The notes: generated from the letters alone by a model not told the origin. A stretch of 64,000 nt of DNA from an uncultured Poribacteria bacterium (GCA_951813565.1 OX638351.1:1568001-1632000); one strand, 5' to 3'. Positions 37,700 through 49,989 are shown, counted from the stretch's first letter. A program made the numbers and translations.

Positions 37700-39709
37700 A
37701 TGAATCTACAAAAAATTTATGCGATAGTGTTGCTCATCACACTATCTCTCATTTTAATCATAAACGGACAGACCGCAGAGGCACAGAACACACAAACTGT
37801 CCAAAAAGAACTCTCCGCAGTCAAAACCGAGCAACCCCCTACCATTGATGGTATACTCAACGATGCTTGCTGGCAAAACACACCGCAAGCTATCAGTTTC
37901 ACCGACCAACGCACCGAAAAACCTGCTAAGAATCAATCTGTCGGCAGGGTTGTTTACACCGACGAAGCTATCTACGTTGGGCTTCACCTTTATGATGATA
38001 TGCCTGATAAAATCGTGGCGCGCCAAACCAAAGATCAAACCGGAATCGGTGGAGAGGACTGGGTATCTTTCACTATTGATCCATTTCACACACATCAATA
38101 TTCTGATAGGAATTTCTTCATCGTAAATCCACTCGGCACGAAATTCGCACATCTCGCCACAGGACGTGCTGCAAAAAGCGAATGGATCGGACTGTGGAAA
38201 GCTGCATCCCAGATTGTCCAAGACGGTTGGGTTGTAGAGATGCAAATCCCATGGCAGATACTGGATTATCCCGACACAACAGAACCTGTTCGAATGGGAA
38301 TCAACCTTGACAGATTCCAACAACGCACTGGAGAACGTTCATGGTGGTGTAATTTAGGTGTTCAAGAATTCCGAGAAAACGATGGGCATTGGATTGATGT
38401 GCTACCACCACCACGAAAACGTGTACTAAAGTTTTTACCCTATCTGATTAGCGGTATCAGCGAAACGGAAACTTCTGTAGGAGCGGCCTCCGAGTCGCGA
38501 CGAGAATATACTGCCCGCGCGGGAGCGGACCTACGCTATGAAGTTACGCCACAACTCCGTCTTATCGGTACAGCCAATCCCGATTTTGATAACATTGAAC
38601 AGTCTGTCGAAGGCATTGATTTTTCTTACAGTGAACGCTTCGTATCGGATCGCCGTCCTTTCTTTTCGGAGGGCGGCAATGTTTATCGTCTCGGTCGCCT
38701 GTTCCATTCGCGGCGGATAGTGGATATGGACGGCGGGCTTAAACTCTTTGGCAAACTCGGGAAAAACACCTCTGTCGGCACTTTAGGCACGTATCATCGG
38801 AACAACCAGAACGTTATTCTTCAAGCCTCACAATCACTTACAGCGACATCCAATATCAGCGCGGCGTTCCTTTCGCATCATCACCGTGACACTGGATTGA
38901 ACAATGTAGGTTCTCTTTCCGGAGATGCACGCTACGGTAAGTTTTCAGGGCGTTCTCGTTTCGTTCAAAGTTGGGACGGCGAATCGAACGGAAGGGATGG
39001 GTTCGTCAATGTAGTCTACAACGGATCGCTCTTTCAACATGCCCTGACCGCGTTTTTTGTGGATTCAGATTTCGTCGACAGACTCGGATACTATCCATTT
39101 ACGGGTTATCGCAGTGTAAATTTAGCGAGTTATTTCGTTAACGAATGGCGTGAAGGATTTTTCCGCAGAGCATCCGCTTCCATCCAAAGCCAAATCTCTA
39201 ATACTTACGAAGGCGAGGTCTTTCGGCGTGCTCTCAATGTATCTTCACTGATCCTAACACATAGCGATTATGCGCTTGCCGCTGGCTGGAGGGGCGGGCA
39301 ATTTGAAGAATTCAGCGATAGTGTTTTCAGCATCGGATTCCGGGCGCGTGCTTCTGACAGGTTCAATAATGTCGGTATTACCTACAATTGGGGTGAACAG
39401 GCAGGCGAACGGATTCATCGTATCAGCGGAAATCTAAATCTCCGCGCCTACGGTTTCACCGCAGGACTCTCCTCCAATATCCAATGGCATTTTGAAAGAC
39501 GCTACCAACAGATTCTAACCTTCGGCTATGATTTCAGTCCCGCCTTAAGCCTCGGTAGTCGTTTAATCTGGCAAGTAGAAGGTATTAATACCTACTTCAC
39601 ATTACGCCGCTCCGGGTATGCTGGCACCGACTTCTTTATCATCCTCGGCGACCCAAACGCCTCAGAATTCAAACAACGTTTAATAGCAAAAGTTATCCGA
39701 GCATTTTAG
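37700..39709 (+). CDS. DUF5916-like protein, copy 2
   Basis: Colinear paralog of 32838-34847 with the same length. Confidence 0.78.
   Translation: MNLQKIYAIVLLITLSLILIINGQTAEAQNTQTVQKELSAVKTEQPPTIDGILNDACWQNTPQAISFTDQRTEKPAKNQSVGRVVYTDEAIYVGLHLYDDMPDKIVARQTKDQTGIGGEDWVSFTIDPFHTHQYSDRNFFIVNPLGTKFAHLATGRAAKSEWIGLWKAASQIVQDGWVVEMQIPWQILDYPDTTEPVRMGINLDRFQQRTGERSWWCNLGVQEFRENDGHWIDVLPPPRKRVLKFLPYLISGISETETSVGAASESRREYTARAGADLRYEVTPQLRLIGTANPDFDNIEQSVEGIDFSYSERFVSDRRPFFSEGGNVYRLGRLFHSRRIVDMDGGLKLFGKLGKNTSVGTLGTYHRNNQNVILQASQSLTATSNISAAFLSHHHRDTGLNNVGSLSGDARYGKFSGRSRFVQSWDGESNGRDGFVNVVYNGSLFQHALTAFFVDSDFVDRLGYYPFTGYRSVNLASYFVNEWREGFFRRASASIQSQISNTYEGEVFRRALNVSSLILTHSDYALAAGWRGGQFEEFSDSVFSIGFRARASDRFNNVGITYNWGEQAGERIHRISGNLNLRAYGFTAGLSSNIQWHFERRYQQILTFGYDFSPALSLGSRLIWQVEGINTYFTLRRSGYAGTDFFIILGDPNASEFKQRLIAKVIRAF
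38477..38500 (+). repeat. GTAG REP-like hairpin inside coding sequence (paralogous site)
   Basis: GTAGGAGCGGCCTCCGAGTCGCGA. Confidence 0.6.
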
Positions 39710-39774
39710 AGTGTATCTCCTAAATCCGATTTGTTGGTTTAACCTTGTTGTTAGTGCTGTAGTGTACTTCCATT

Positions 39775-39848
39775 GTAGGGGCGGGTCTCTGTGCCCGCCC
39801 GTTGTTTCTACCCATGAGACATGGCGAGGCACAGAGACCTCGCCCTAC
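39775..39848. repeat. inverted REP doublet (REPIN-like)
   Basis: GTAGGGGCGGGTCTCTGTGCCCGCCC ... GGCGAGGCACAGAGACCTCGCCCTAC. Confidence 0.85.
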
Positions 39849-39955
39849 AAGTAATATGGATAAATTGTAGAGTTTTCACGGATATCCGTGCGTTGTTCAT
39901 GAATGGTCTGGTTGTTTGCCCTAAACCTCATGGTATAATATGTGAATGCTTCTTG

Positions 39956-39980
39956 GTAGGCGCGATTTCAAATCGCGCCT
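39956..39980 (+). repeat. GTAG REP hairpin
   Basis: GT-AGGCGCGATTT-C-AAATCGCGCCT. Confidence 0.65.
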
Positions 39981-40038
39981 AAAGCAGTGCATAAAACTTT
40001 TGCAAAATATCACCCTTATGTTCAGGAGGCACAATCTA

Positions 40039-41475
40039 ATGAAAAGTCCGTGGGGACGACACTTTGTTGTTAGCAAAATCGTGTTAGTTCTACTCGTATT
40101 TGTATTCCTTTGCTCTACAGTAGCATGGGATGCCAAAGCCAAAAAGGATACAGAGATGGAAAAAGACAGGATCCAGATTTACAAAGAAAACCCGCGTTAC
40201 TGGCAATATAAAGGTGAGCCGATTTTACTAATCGGCGGCTCAGTCGAGGACAACCTATTTCAGATACCAAATCTCAAAGAACATCTTGAGCTTTTGAAAT
40301 CGGTCGGCGGTAACTATGTGCGGTCTACGATGGGGTGGAATGATGAAGGCGATATACCACCTTTTAAAAGAGTCGGCGAGAAATACGACTTAAATCACTG
40401 GAATGACGAATTTTGGACGCGTTTTCAGAACTTCATAACGTGGACCCACGAAATGGATATTATCGTCCAAATAGAAGTGTGGGCAACCTTCACATATTAC
40501 CGAGATAATTGGGATGTCAATCCTTTCAATCCAAAAAATAACAGCAATTACACCGCAGAAGAAACAGGGTTACCTACTGTTGTCAAAGACCATCCAGTTG
40601 CAGCAAAGAACAACTTTTTCTGGTCAGTACCGAAAGAGCGGAATCAGGAAAACGTCTTAAAATATCAGGAAAAGTTTGTGGACAAACTCCTTGAAGAGAC
40701 ACTTCCTTACGGACATATACTCTACTGCATGGACAATGAGACTGCAGTTACGGCTGCATGGGGTGAATACTGGGCAACGTATATTCAGAAGAAGGCAGCA
40801 GAGGCTGGACGTACCGTTGAAACGACAGAGATGTGGGACCCGTGGGATTTATCCGATGAGAAACATAAAGCGACTTTTGACCATCCCGAAACCTACTCGT
40901 TTTGTGATATATCACAGAATAATCATCAGAAACGGCAGCGGCATTGGGATAACGCTCAGAAAATTCGCGCTAAACTCACACCTATTCGTCCCATCAATAA
41001 TATAAAGATTTACGGTGCTGATGGCGGGCGGTTCGGCAGTACGCGAGATGGATTAGAGCGATTTTGGCGAAACGTTTTCGGAGGATTTGCATCGGCACGG
41101 TTCCACCGTCCGGATAGCGGCGTTGGTTTGAGCAAAATCGCACAAGCACATCTCAAGAGTATGCGAACCATTACAGACGAAATGGATATTTTTACATGTG
41201 AACCTCACAATGACTTGCTTTCTAACAGAGCAGATAACGGCGCGTATACTATCGCAAATCCCGGAAAGGAATATGCTGTCTATTTTCCAAAAGGTGGTTC
41301 AGTAGATCTCAACTTGAGTGCGAACGGCAAGACAGATACCAAAACGGTAAAAATCAGATGGCTAAATATCCACAACAGCAAATGGAGACAGGAGGAGAAA
41401 ATCCCTTTCAGCGATAGTATAACATTAACCGCGCCGACCGAAGTACATTGGGCAGTTTTGATAGAAACAAAATAG
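40039..41475 (+). CDS. secreted glycoside hydrolase-like protein with a C-terminal beta-sandwich domain
   Basis: AGGAGG RBS, signal peptide, NPRYWQYKGEPILLIG, GGNYVR, MDNE; C-terminal YAVYFPKGG..W.N. Confidence 0.6.
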   Translation: MKSPWGRHFVVSKIVLVLLVFVFLCSTVAWDAKAKKDTEMEKDRIQIYKENPRYWQYKGEPILLIGGSVEDNLFQIPNLKEHLELLKSVGGNYVRSTMGWNDEGDIPPFKRVGEKYDLNHWNDEFWTRFQNFITWTHEMDIIVQIEVWATFTYYRDNWDVNPFNPKNNSNYTAEETGLPTVVKDHPVAAKNNFFWSVPKERNQENVLKYQEKFVDKLLEETLPYGHILYCMDNETAVTAAWGEYWATYIQKKAAEAGRTVETTEMWDPWDLSDEKHKATFDHPETYSFCDISQNNHQKRQRHWDNAQKIRAKLTPIRPINNIKIYGADGGRFGSTRDGLERFWRNVFGGFASARFHRPDSGVGLSKIAQAHLKSMRTITDEMDIFTCEPHNDLLSNRADNGAYTIANPGKEYAVYFPKGGSVDLNLSANGKTDTKTVKIRWLNIHNSKWRQEEKIPFSDSITLTAPTEVHWAVLIETK

Positions 41476-41505
41476 AATATAAGTAAAGAAATTGTGTCAA
41501 AATTT

Positions 41506-41534
41506 TTGCATTAACACAAATCTTGTAGTATAAT
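41506..41534 (+). promoter_or_regulatory. sigma70-type promoter of the atp operon
   Basis: TTGCAT-17nt-TATAAT. Confidence 0.6.
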
Positions 41535-41598
41535 TTATAGCGTTGCTTAAGGAGAAAATCTATTCTAACACCGTTTTCATCTTGTGGGAGCAAACGTC

Positions 41599-41898
41599 AT
41601 GTTTAAACGACGGTTAGACCAATTCAAACATGAAAATGTAGGGATGTTTGACCTCGCTTCGATTGGGATTACGCTTGCACTCGCTATTGTTATCGGTTGG
41701 TTCGGGGGTAAGTGGATCGGTGGGAAATTGGGCAACGCAGAAATCGGGTCATATATCGGGTTTGTACTCGGTGTCGCTGCCGGGTTCATGGAGATGTTTC
41801 GATCAATAGCGCGATGGAATCGAAAAATGGAACGCATGGAAAAACAACGTCGTGATGAAGCACGACAAGCACAAGATACTGAAGAGAACAACGTCTAA
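41599..41898 (+). CDS. AtpZ/AtpI-family ATP synthase accessory protein
   Basis: SIGITLALAIVIG..GG.W.G...G..LGVAAGF; first gene of the atp operon. Confidence 0.75.
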   Translation: MFKRRLDQFKHENVGMFDLASIGITLALAIVIGWFGGKWIGGKLGNAEIGSYIGFVLGVAAGFMEMFRSIARWNRKMERMEKQRRDEARQAQDTEENNV

Positions 41899-41981
41899 AA
41901 GCGTTTGACTACGATACCCGTAAGTTGTTTGAGGATCAACAACTATTCGCCGTTATTTTGACAAAGGAGTCATCTACTTAA

Positions 41982-42389
41982 ATGGGTCCCACACTTGAAT
42001 TTGGTGACCGGTTTATCCGACAAGTTTATGTCTTAACAATCTGCCTTACCGTGGTTATTGGCGGTATATTGTTAGGTGTTAAACGTATCGCACTCCCCAG
42101 TTTTCTAATCGGTAGCATTATCGGTCTTAGTATGTTCTGGTCAATCGAATTCGTGATTCGAAGGCTGATTCGTCCGGGAAAAACGCAGAAAACAAAGTAT
42201 CTGCTCGGTTTCATTGCTCTCGGCAAATACACTGTACTCGGTGTACTTCTCTTTTTCTTGTTCAAAATGAAGTGGATGAATATTTACGCATTCGGCGGGG
42301 GAATTGTTTTAGTACAAGGTGCAATCATTCTCAAAGCAATCGGCTTGATGGTAAATATTCTTAGGAAAAAAGATCCTGATCAACCTTAA
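41982..42389 (+). CDS. atpI: ATP synthase protein I
   Basis: Four TM helices, 135 aa, upstream of atpB. Confidence 0.65.
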   Translation: MGPTLEFGDRFIRQVYVLTICLTVVIGGILLGVKRIALPSFLIGSIIGLSMFWSIEFVIRRLIRPGKTQKTKYLLGFIALGKYTVLGVLLFFLFKMKWMNIYAFGGGIVLVQGAIILKAIGLMVNILRKKDPDQP

Positions 42390-42475
42390 GCGGTATTTTC
42401 TATGTGTATTGTAAAGCAAAATAACTAGTCGATGGTAGCATTTCGTTTTGTAATGTTTACAAAAGAGATAGTACG

Positions 42476-43078
42476 ATGAAACGATATAAAGTTACATTAT
42501 TGGATATAATAGTTTTAACGAAAGAGATTGCCCAAGAAAGATTAAGTCATTATAACGATCTTACTAATCATAACGAACCTGGCACACCACCTCCAGGTGA
42601 TTTAAGAAGACACACAATATACAGAAATCTATTTTCTCTTCCGCTTTTGGTAGAAAAAACTTTTAAGAATAAAATCAGCAATATATTTGAGGCATCAGGA
42701 GATCCAGTCCGGAATATAGTAATGTCTGAACAGACGAAAATAATGTATTATGCCTTAAGTGCACCTCTTGAGTATGATTTTCTGACCTCACTTGTGGTTG
42801 GAGTAAAAATAATTATGCCAGCATTAAAATTTATAAATCCAATAAATCTCCGCAGTTTTGTTATCGCTGAAACCTTTCATAGAGTAATTCTCTATAAAGA
42901 AATGTTTAAATCACTCAAAGTTTCTTCAAATAGTGACCCCAAAGTTACATTTTCAGCTTCAGCATCTGATTTTGATGTTAATAACTATACTATTGGTGAC
43001 ATTAAAAACAGACTGAACACTATAGAAAAATATGTGCTAATTTGTATTGTTCTTAAAAATATTTCAAGTAACCTATAA
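42476..43078 (+). CDS. AT-rich hypothetical protein inserted in the atp operon
   Basis: 200-aa ORF with RBS; markedly AT-rich; no family recognised. Confidence 0.5.
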   Translation: MKRYKVTLLDIIVLTKEIAQERLSHYNDLTNHNEPGTPPPGDLRRHTIYRNLFSLPLLVEKTFKNKISNIFEASGDPVRNIVMSEQTKIMYYALSAPLEYDFLTSLVVGVKIIMPALKFINPINLRSFVIAETFHRVILYKEMFKSLKVSSNSDPKVTFSASASDFDVNNYTIGDIKNRLNTIEKYVLICIVLKNISSNL

Positions 43079-43288
43079 TAAATAATTTATGAATAAACTA
43101 AATTGCAACTAATAAATTCTATACATTTGGACATAGGTTTTTAAATAAAAAACTGTCCAACATTCAGTGAATACCTTACGCTTATTCAGTGTTGATTTGG
43201 TAAGGGTGCTGTGTATATAAAAGGTAGTAACTTGGGCTATAGAAGTAGATGAAGTAATACCAAATTTAAGAAACATTGAAAAACAAAT

Positions 43289-44122
43289 ATGAAAAAAATA
43301 TCGTTTATATGCTTGGTTGTCGGACTTACTTTGGCTGTAGGAGTCGGGAGTTTCGCAGCCGACAATGGCCACCGTAGTTTGCTCTCTCCGATTTCAAAGT
43401 TGTTGCCGGATAACATCATTCCTGAACCGACTCGGTGGCATCAACCGGATCTGATCCCAAATACACTTTTTGCTGTTCTCGTCTTAACACTGTTTTTTAT
43501 CTTCGTCACCCGGAAGTTGAAACGGATACCTGAAGGGAAAGGGCAAACCCTGTTAGAGGTGTTTGTGGGCGGTATCACGGACTTCTTCGGAGGTATTTTA
43601 GGCGACCACGGCAAAAAGTATGTCCCATTCGTTGGATCCCTCTTCATCTTCATTCTCTTCCTGAACTTTCTTGGAATCATTCCGGGTCTTCAACCCCCAA
43701 CAGCAGATTTGAACACAACGCTTGCCCTCGGTATAACGGCTGTATTAGGCGTTCAAATTATCGCTATTAAAGAGCTTGGGATAGGAGGCTATCTGAAACA
43801 TTTAGCTGGTGATCCCCCGTTGTTAGGGATTTTGATGTTCCCACTTGAAGTTATTGCGCAGTTATCGCGCGCGGGTTCACTTGCTGTCCGGCTTTTCGGA
43901 AATATTTTTGGCGAAAAATCGGTTGTTATACAACTGACAATGCTTGGAATTATCCCCATCGTCGGTACAGCCTTCTTCATTCCGATACCAGTTCAGATAC
44001 CAATGCTGTTTTTCGGGTTGTTTGCTGGCTTTTTGCAGGCATTCGTTTTTACAATCTTAACATCTATCTATATCGTGCTGTTCATAGAACACGACGAAGA
44101 AGCGCATGAAGCGCATCATTAA
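43289..44122 (+). CDS. atpB: F0F1 ATP synthase subunit a
   Basis: PTADLNTT, SLAVRLFGNIFG, LQAFVFTILTSIYI; signal-like N-terminus. Confidence 0.96.
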   Translation: MKKISFICLVVGLTLAVGVGSFAADNGHRSLLSPISKLLPDNIIPEPTRWHQPDLIPNTLFAVLVLTLFFIFVTRKLKRIPEGKGQTLLEVFVGGITDFFGGILGDHGKKYVPFVGSLFIFILFLNFLGIIPGLQPPTADLNTTLALGITAVLGVQIIAIKELGIGGYLKHLAGDPPLLGILMFPLEVIAQLSRAGSLAVRLFGNIFGEKSVVIQLTMLGIIPIVGTAFFIPIPVQIPMLFFGLFAGFLQAFVFTILTSIYIVLFIEHDEEAHEAHH

Positions 44123-44172
44123 TTCAGTGGGACAAGTCTAACTTGCCCCTTTCCGTCCAAGGAGGACATTTC

Positions 44173-44544
44173 ATGATTTATTTAGCAGTGTTAGCGTTTG
44201 GTGTAACTTTAGGGTTGCCGATCGCTGTTATTTTTGCCTCAACGGCGCAAGGAAAGGCAACAAGTACTGCTCTTGAAGGAATTGCGCGTCAACCTGAGTC
44301 ATCTGGAAAAATTCAAACCGCGATGATTATCGGTTTGGCTCTCATCGAATCGCTTGTTATTTACGCACTATTAATGTTCTTTATTCTGCAAGCAAAACTT
44401 CCCGAAGGCGACATGCTGAGAGGAATGATTGATGCCGAAGCTGGAAAAGCTCAGATTGAACAGGTGCAGGAAAATGCCGCTAACGGTGTCGAAATGGAAG
44501 ATGCTAACGGTGTCGAAATGGAAGATGCAGGCGAAAACGAATAA
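44173..44544 (+). CDS. atpE: F0F1 ATP synthase subunit c with an acidic C-terminal extension
   Basis: ARQPE loop, IESLVIY; GGAGG RBS before ATG at 44173. Confidence 0.95.
   Translation: MIYLAVLAFGVTLGLPIAVIFASTAQGKATSTALEGIARQPESSGKIQTAMIIGLALIESLVIYALLMFFILQAKLPEGDMLRGMIDAEAGKAQIEQVQENAANGVEMEDANGVEMEDAGENE
44479..44528 (+). repeat. perfect 24-bp tandem duplication in the atpE tail
   Basis: GCTAACGGTGTCGAAATGGAAGAT x2 (ANGVEMED x2). Confidence 0.95.
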
Positions 44545-44624
44545 ACGCAACCTCCAACATATTGGGGCATCCGAGAAAAATGCCCCAAAAAAGTTGGGGA
44601 CCTATTAGCGAGTCCAAAAAACTC

Positions 44625-45209
44625 ATGAGAAAAAAGATATATGCATGTTGCCTCATTTTAATGGGGATGTGTCTCACCAGTGTATTCGCAGCGGATGCTC
44701 CTGCTGAAGCTGGACTTTTAGGTTTGCTCGGAATTGATCCGAAGACGATCATCATGCAAGCCATCGGTTTCCTTGTTGTACTCTTGGTGCTTTGGAAGTT
44801 CGTTTTCGGCAAGGTAGGCGGGCTTTTAGAGGAACGCCGAACTGAAATCGTGACCCAGTTGGAACAATTGAAAACTGACCGGGAAGAATTGGACCGACTC
44901 ACCGCTGAAACACGACAACGTTTAGGCGATATTGAAAATGAGTCGCAAGCCAAGATCCAATCTGCTATTGAGCAGGGTAACATAGAACGTGAGCAAATCG
45001 TTGCGCAAGCACGACAAGAAGCTGAATATGAGATTGTAAGAGCACGTGCTGAAATTCAGCGCGAAAAAGACGAAGCTATCTCTGAATTGCGTGGCGTTGT
45101 GGCTGAACTTGCTATTGACGCAGCGGGTAAAATCATCAGTGCGGAACTGACCCCTGAGAGACACCAAAATATCATTGATGCATCCATTAACAGGTTGTCA
45201 GCGGAATAG
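44625..45209 (+). CDS. atpF: F0F1 ATP synthase subunit b
   Basis: Q.IGFLVVLLVLWKF...LEERR..I, coiled coil, ELAIDAAGKII. Confidence 0.93.
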   Translation: MRKKIYACCLILMGMCLTSVFAADAPAEAGLLGLLGIDPKTIIMQAIGFLVVLLVLWKFVFGKVGGLLEERRTEIVTQLEQLKTDREELDRLTAETRQRLGDIENESQAKIQSAIEQGNIEREQIVAQARQEAEYEIVRARAEIQREKDEAISELRGVVAELAIDAAGKIISAELTPERHQNIIDASINRLSAE

Positions 45210-45288
45210 TTACCAGTTATCAGTAGTCAGCCACAAGGGGCTGCTTGTAGACGAAAACTTCTTAACTGATAACTGACGACTGAAAACT
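45208..45288. repeat. inverted heptamer tandem arrays
   Basis: AGTTACC-AGTTATC-AGTAGTC ... CTGATAA-CTGACGA-CTGAAAA. Confidence 0.65.
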
Positions 45289-45308
45289 ATTAAAGGTGAA
45301 AACGAACA

Positions 45309-45848
45309 ATGAGAGACATTCGGGTCGCAAAACCTTATGCTCGCGCCTTATACGAAGCGGCATCTGAACAAAATGCGCTACTATCTATTACCGCTGATAT
45401 TGATAAGCTGCGAGAGCTGCTTGAACAGTCAGAGGAATTGACACAATTTATTAATTCGCCCCTGCTGTCCCCACAAGTTAAAAGCGACACATTTCAGCAA
45501 CTATTTACCGATAGTATGCATCCGCTGATGATTAATTTCTTTAAACTTCTCGCATTGAAACAACGTGAACGTTATCTTGTCGCAATAATGGATGTCTTTT
45601 CTGCAATTGTTGATGAAGCTGCTGGTAGGGTTGTCGCAAAAGTGACAACAGCGGTACCAATTACACAAAGCCAAGATCGACAACTTGTCCAGCAATTAAG
45701 TGCATACTCAGGAAAACAGGTGAGGTTGGAAACTGAAACTGACGAACAGATTCAGGGCGGGTTTATTGTGCAGTTAGGTGACACCGTTTTTGATGCAAGT
45801 ATCACCACACAACTCCAACGTTTGAAACGACAACTCGCAAAGGGGTAA
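45309..45848 (+). CDS. atpH: F0F1 ATP synthase subunit delta
   Basis: VAKPYARALY, IQGGFIVQLGDTVFDAS. Confidence 0.96.
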   Translation: MRDIRVAKPYARALYEAASEQNALLSITADIDKLRELLEQSEELTQFINSPLLSPQVKSDTFQQLFTDSMHPLMINFFKLLALKQRERYLVAIMDVFSAIVDEAAGRVVAKVTTAVPITQSQDRQLVQQLSAYSGKQVRLETETDEQIQGGFIVQLGDTVFDASITTQLQRLKRQLAKG

Positions 45849-45894
45849 TTAGCTGCGAAGTTTATTTAAAATCCATAATAAATTAAATACTGTG

Positions 45895-45919
45895 GTAAGT
45901 GCGGTTTCCTAACCGCACC
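45895..45919 (+). repeat. REP hairpin (same family as 28094)
   Basis: GTAAGTGCGGTT-TCCT-AACCGCACC. Confidence 0.7.
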
Positions 45920-45998
45920 GAGTAAATGATGCTGTTCCTAATTTACAGGTTTCCCATCTGAATGAAAGACAATTGCGACCCCATAGAGGATTGAAAAT

Positions 45999-47606
45999 AT
46001 GGCAAGAGAAGTCCGACCGGACGAAATATCGAATATATTAAAACAGCAGCTGCAACAGTTTGAACAAGACGTAGATGTCTATGACTCTGGCACTGTGCTG
46101 GAAGTCGGCGATGGTATCGCTCGGGTGCATGGGCTTGCCAACGCAATGGCAAGCGAAATGATTGAATTCCCAAACGATATTTACGGTATCGCTTTTAACC
46201 TTGAAGAAGACAACGTCGGTTGTGTGCTGTTCGGTGAAGACCAACTTATACATGAAGGCGATACCGTTAAACGTACGGGTAGGCTACCAGAAGTTCCAGT
46301 CGGTGAGGCGCTCCTTGGACGGATCGTTGACGCACTTGGAAATCCCATTGATGGCTTGGGAGACATTCATACAGAACATAGACTCCCTGTGGAACAGAAA
46401 GGGTTAGGTATCGTTCAACGGCAACCAGTCGGTGAACCGCTCTATACAGGTTTAAAAGCTATTGACAGTTTGACACCGATCGGCAGAGGGCAACGAGAAC
46501 TTATTATTGGTGACCGTCGAACTGGCAAAACTGCAATCGCAATAGACGCTATTCTGAGTCAAAAGAACACTGATGTTTACTGCATCTATGTTGCTATCGG
46601 TCAAAAAGGGTCTACGCTGGCACAAGTGGCAAATACCCTTCGCGAACATAATGCGCTGGAATATACTACCATCGTTTCTGCCCCCGCAAGTGCACCATCA
46701 CCGCTGCAATACCTCGCCCCTTACTCTGGCACATCAATGGCGGAATACTTCTGTCATAACGGTAAACACGCGCTTATCGTATACGATGACCTGACAAAAC
46801 ATGCGTGGGCATACCGCCAGATGTCGCTGCTTTCACGTAGACCTCCCGGTCGTGAAGCGTATCCCGGTGATGTATTCTATCTACATTCACGTCTGTTAGA
46901 ACGGGCTGCAAAACTCAGTGACGAATTGGGTGGTGGATCGCTCACTGCACTGCCGATTATTGAAATCTTTGAGGGTGATTTGACAACTTACATCCCAACA
47001 AACGTTATCTCCATCACCGATGGGCAGATATACCTCACAACGGATCTGTTTAACCAAGGTGTGAGACCCGCAATTGATGTCGGGACGTCTGTTTCCCGCG
47101 TTGGAGGCGATGCTCAGGTCAAAGCGATGAAATCAGATGAGGTTGCAGGTACCCTAAAACTTGACCTCGCAAGTTTCCGAGAAGTTGCTGCCTTTGCGCA
47201 ATTCGGATCGGATCTGGATGCGTCAACACAATCTCTGCTCCTGCGCGGCACACGGCTTGTAGAATTGCTGAAACAACCGCAATATCAACCTATGCCTGTT
47301 GAGCGAGAAGTTGCCTCTATCTTCTGTGGCACAAACGGCTATTTAGACGATGTTCCTGAATCGGAAGTGGCACGGTTTGAATCTGAATTCCTGCAATACC
47401 TTGACAGGAATCATGCAGAACTCCTCTCTGAAATCGCAGAAACCGGTTTGCTGAGTGATGAATTGCTTGAAACCTTGCACGCTGCAGCAAAGGCATTCAA
47501 GGAAAATTGGAGTGATACACCGACAGCGCAACCACAAATTGAGGAAGTGCCAGCAGTAGAGGACGCGGGCACAGAAGCAGAGGAAACGCCGGCAGAAGGT
47601 GAATAA
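45999..47606 (+). CDS. atpA: F0F1 ATP synthase subunit alpha
   Basis: [38 protein letters not shown]. Confidence 0.99.
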   Translation: MAREVRPDEISNILKQQLQQFEQDVDVYDSGTVLEVGDGIARVHGLANAMASEMIEFPNDIYGIAFNLEEDNVGCVLFGEDQLIHEGDTVKRTGRLPEVPVGEALLGRIVDALGNPIDGLGDIHTEHRLPVEQKGLGIVQRQPVGEPLYTGLKAIDSLTPIGRGQRELIIGDRRTGKTAIAIDAILSQKNTDVYCIYVAIGQKGSTLAQVANTLREHNALEYTTIVSAPASAPSPLQYLAPYSGTSMAEYFCHNGKHALIVYDDLTKHAWAYRQMSLLSRRPPGREAYPGDVFYLHSRLLERAAKLSDELGGGSLTALPIIEIFEGDLTTYIPTNVISITDGQIYLTTDLFNQGVRPAIDVGTSVSRVGGDAQVKAMKSDEVAGTLKLDLASFREVAAFAQFGSDLDASTQSLLLRGTRLVELLKQPQYQPMPVEREVASIFCGTNGYLDDVPESEVARFESEFLQYLDRNHAELLSEIAETGLLSDELLETLHAAAKAFKENWSDTPTAQPQIEEVPAVEDAGTEAEETPAEGE

Positions 47607-47608
47607 AA

Positions 47609-49946
<2,338 letters not shown>

Positions 49947-49965
49947 GGAAATCAATATCCCTTTT

Positions 49966-49989
49966 GTAGCGCAAACTGTTATTTTGTGC
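49966..49989 (+). repeat. GTAG REP hairpin (same family as 51026-51049)
   Basis: GTAGCGCAAACTGTTATTTTGTGC vs GTAGCATAAACTTTTAGTTTGTGC. Confidence 0.6.
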
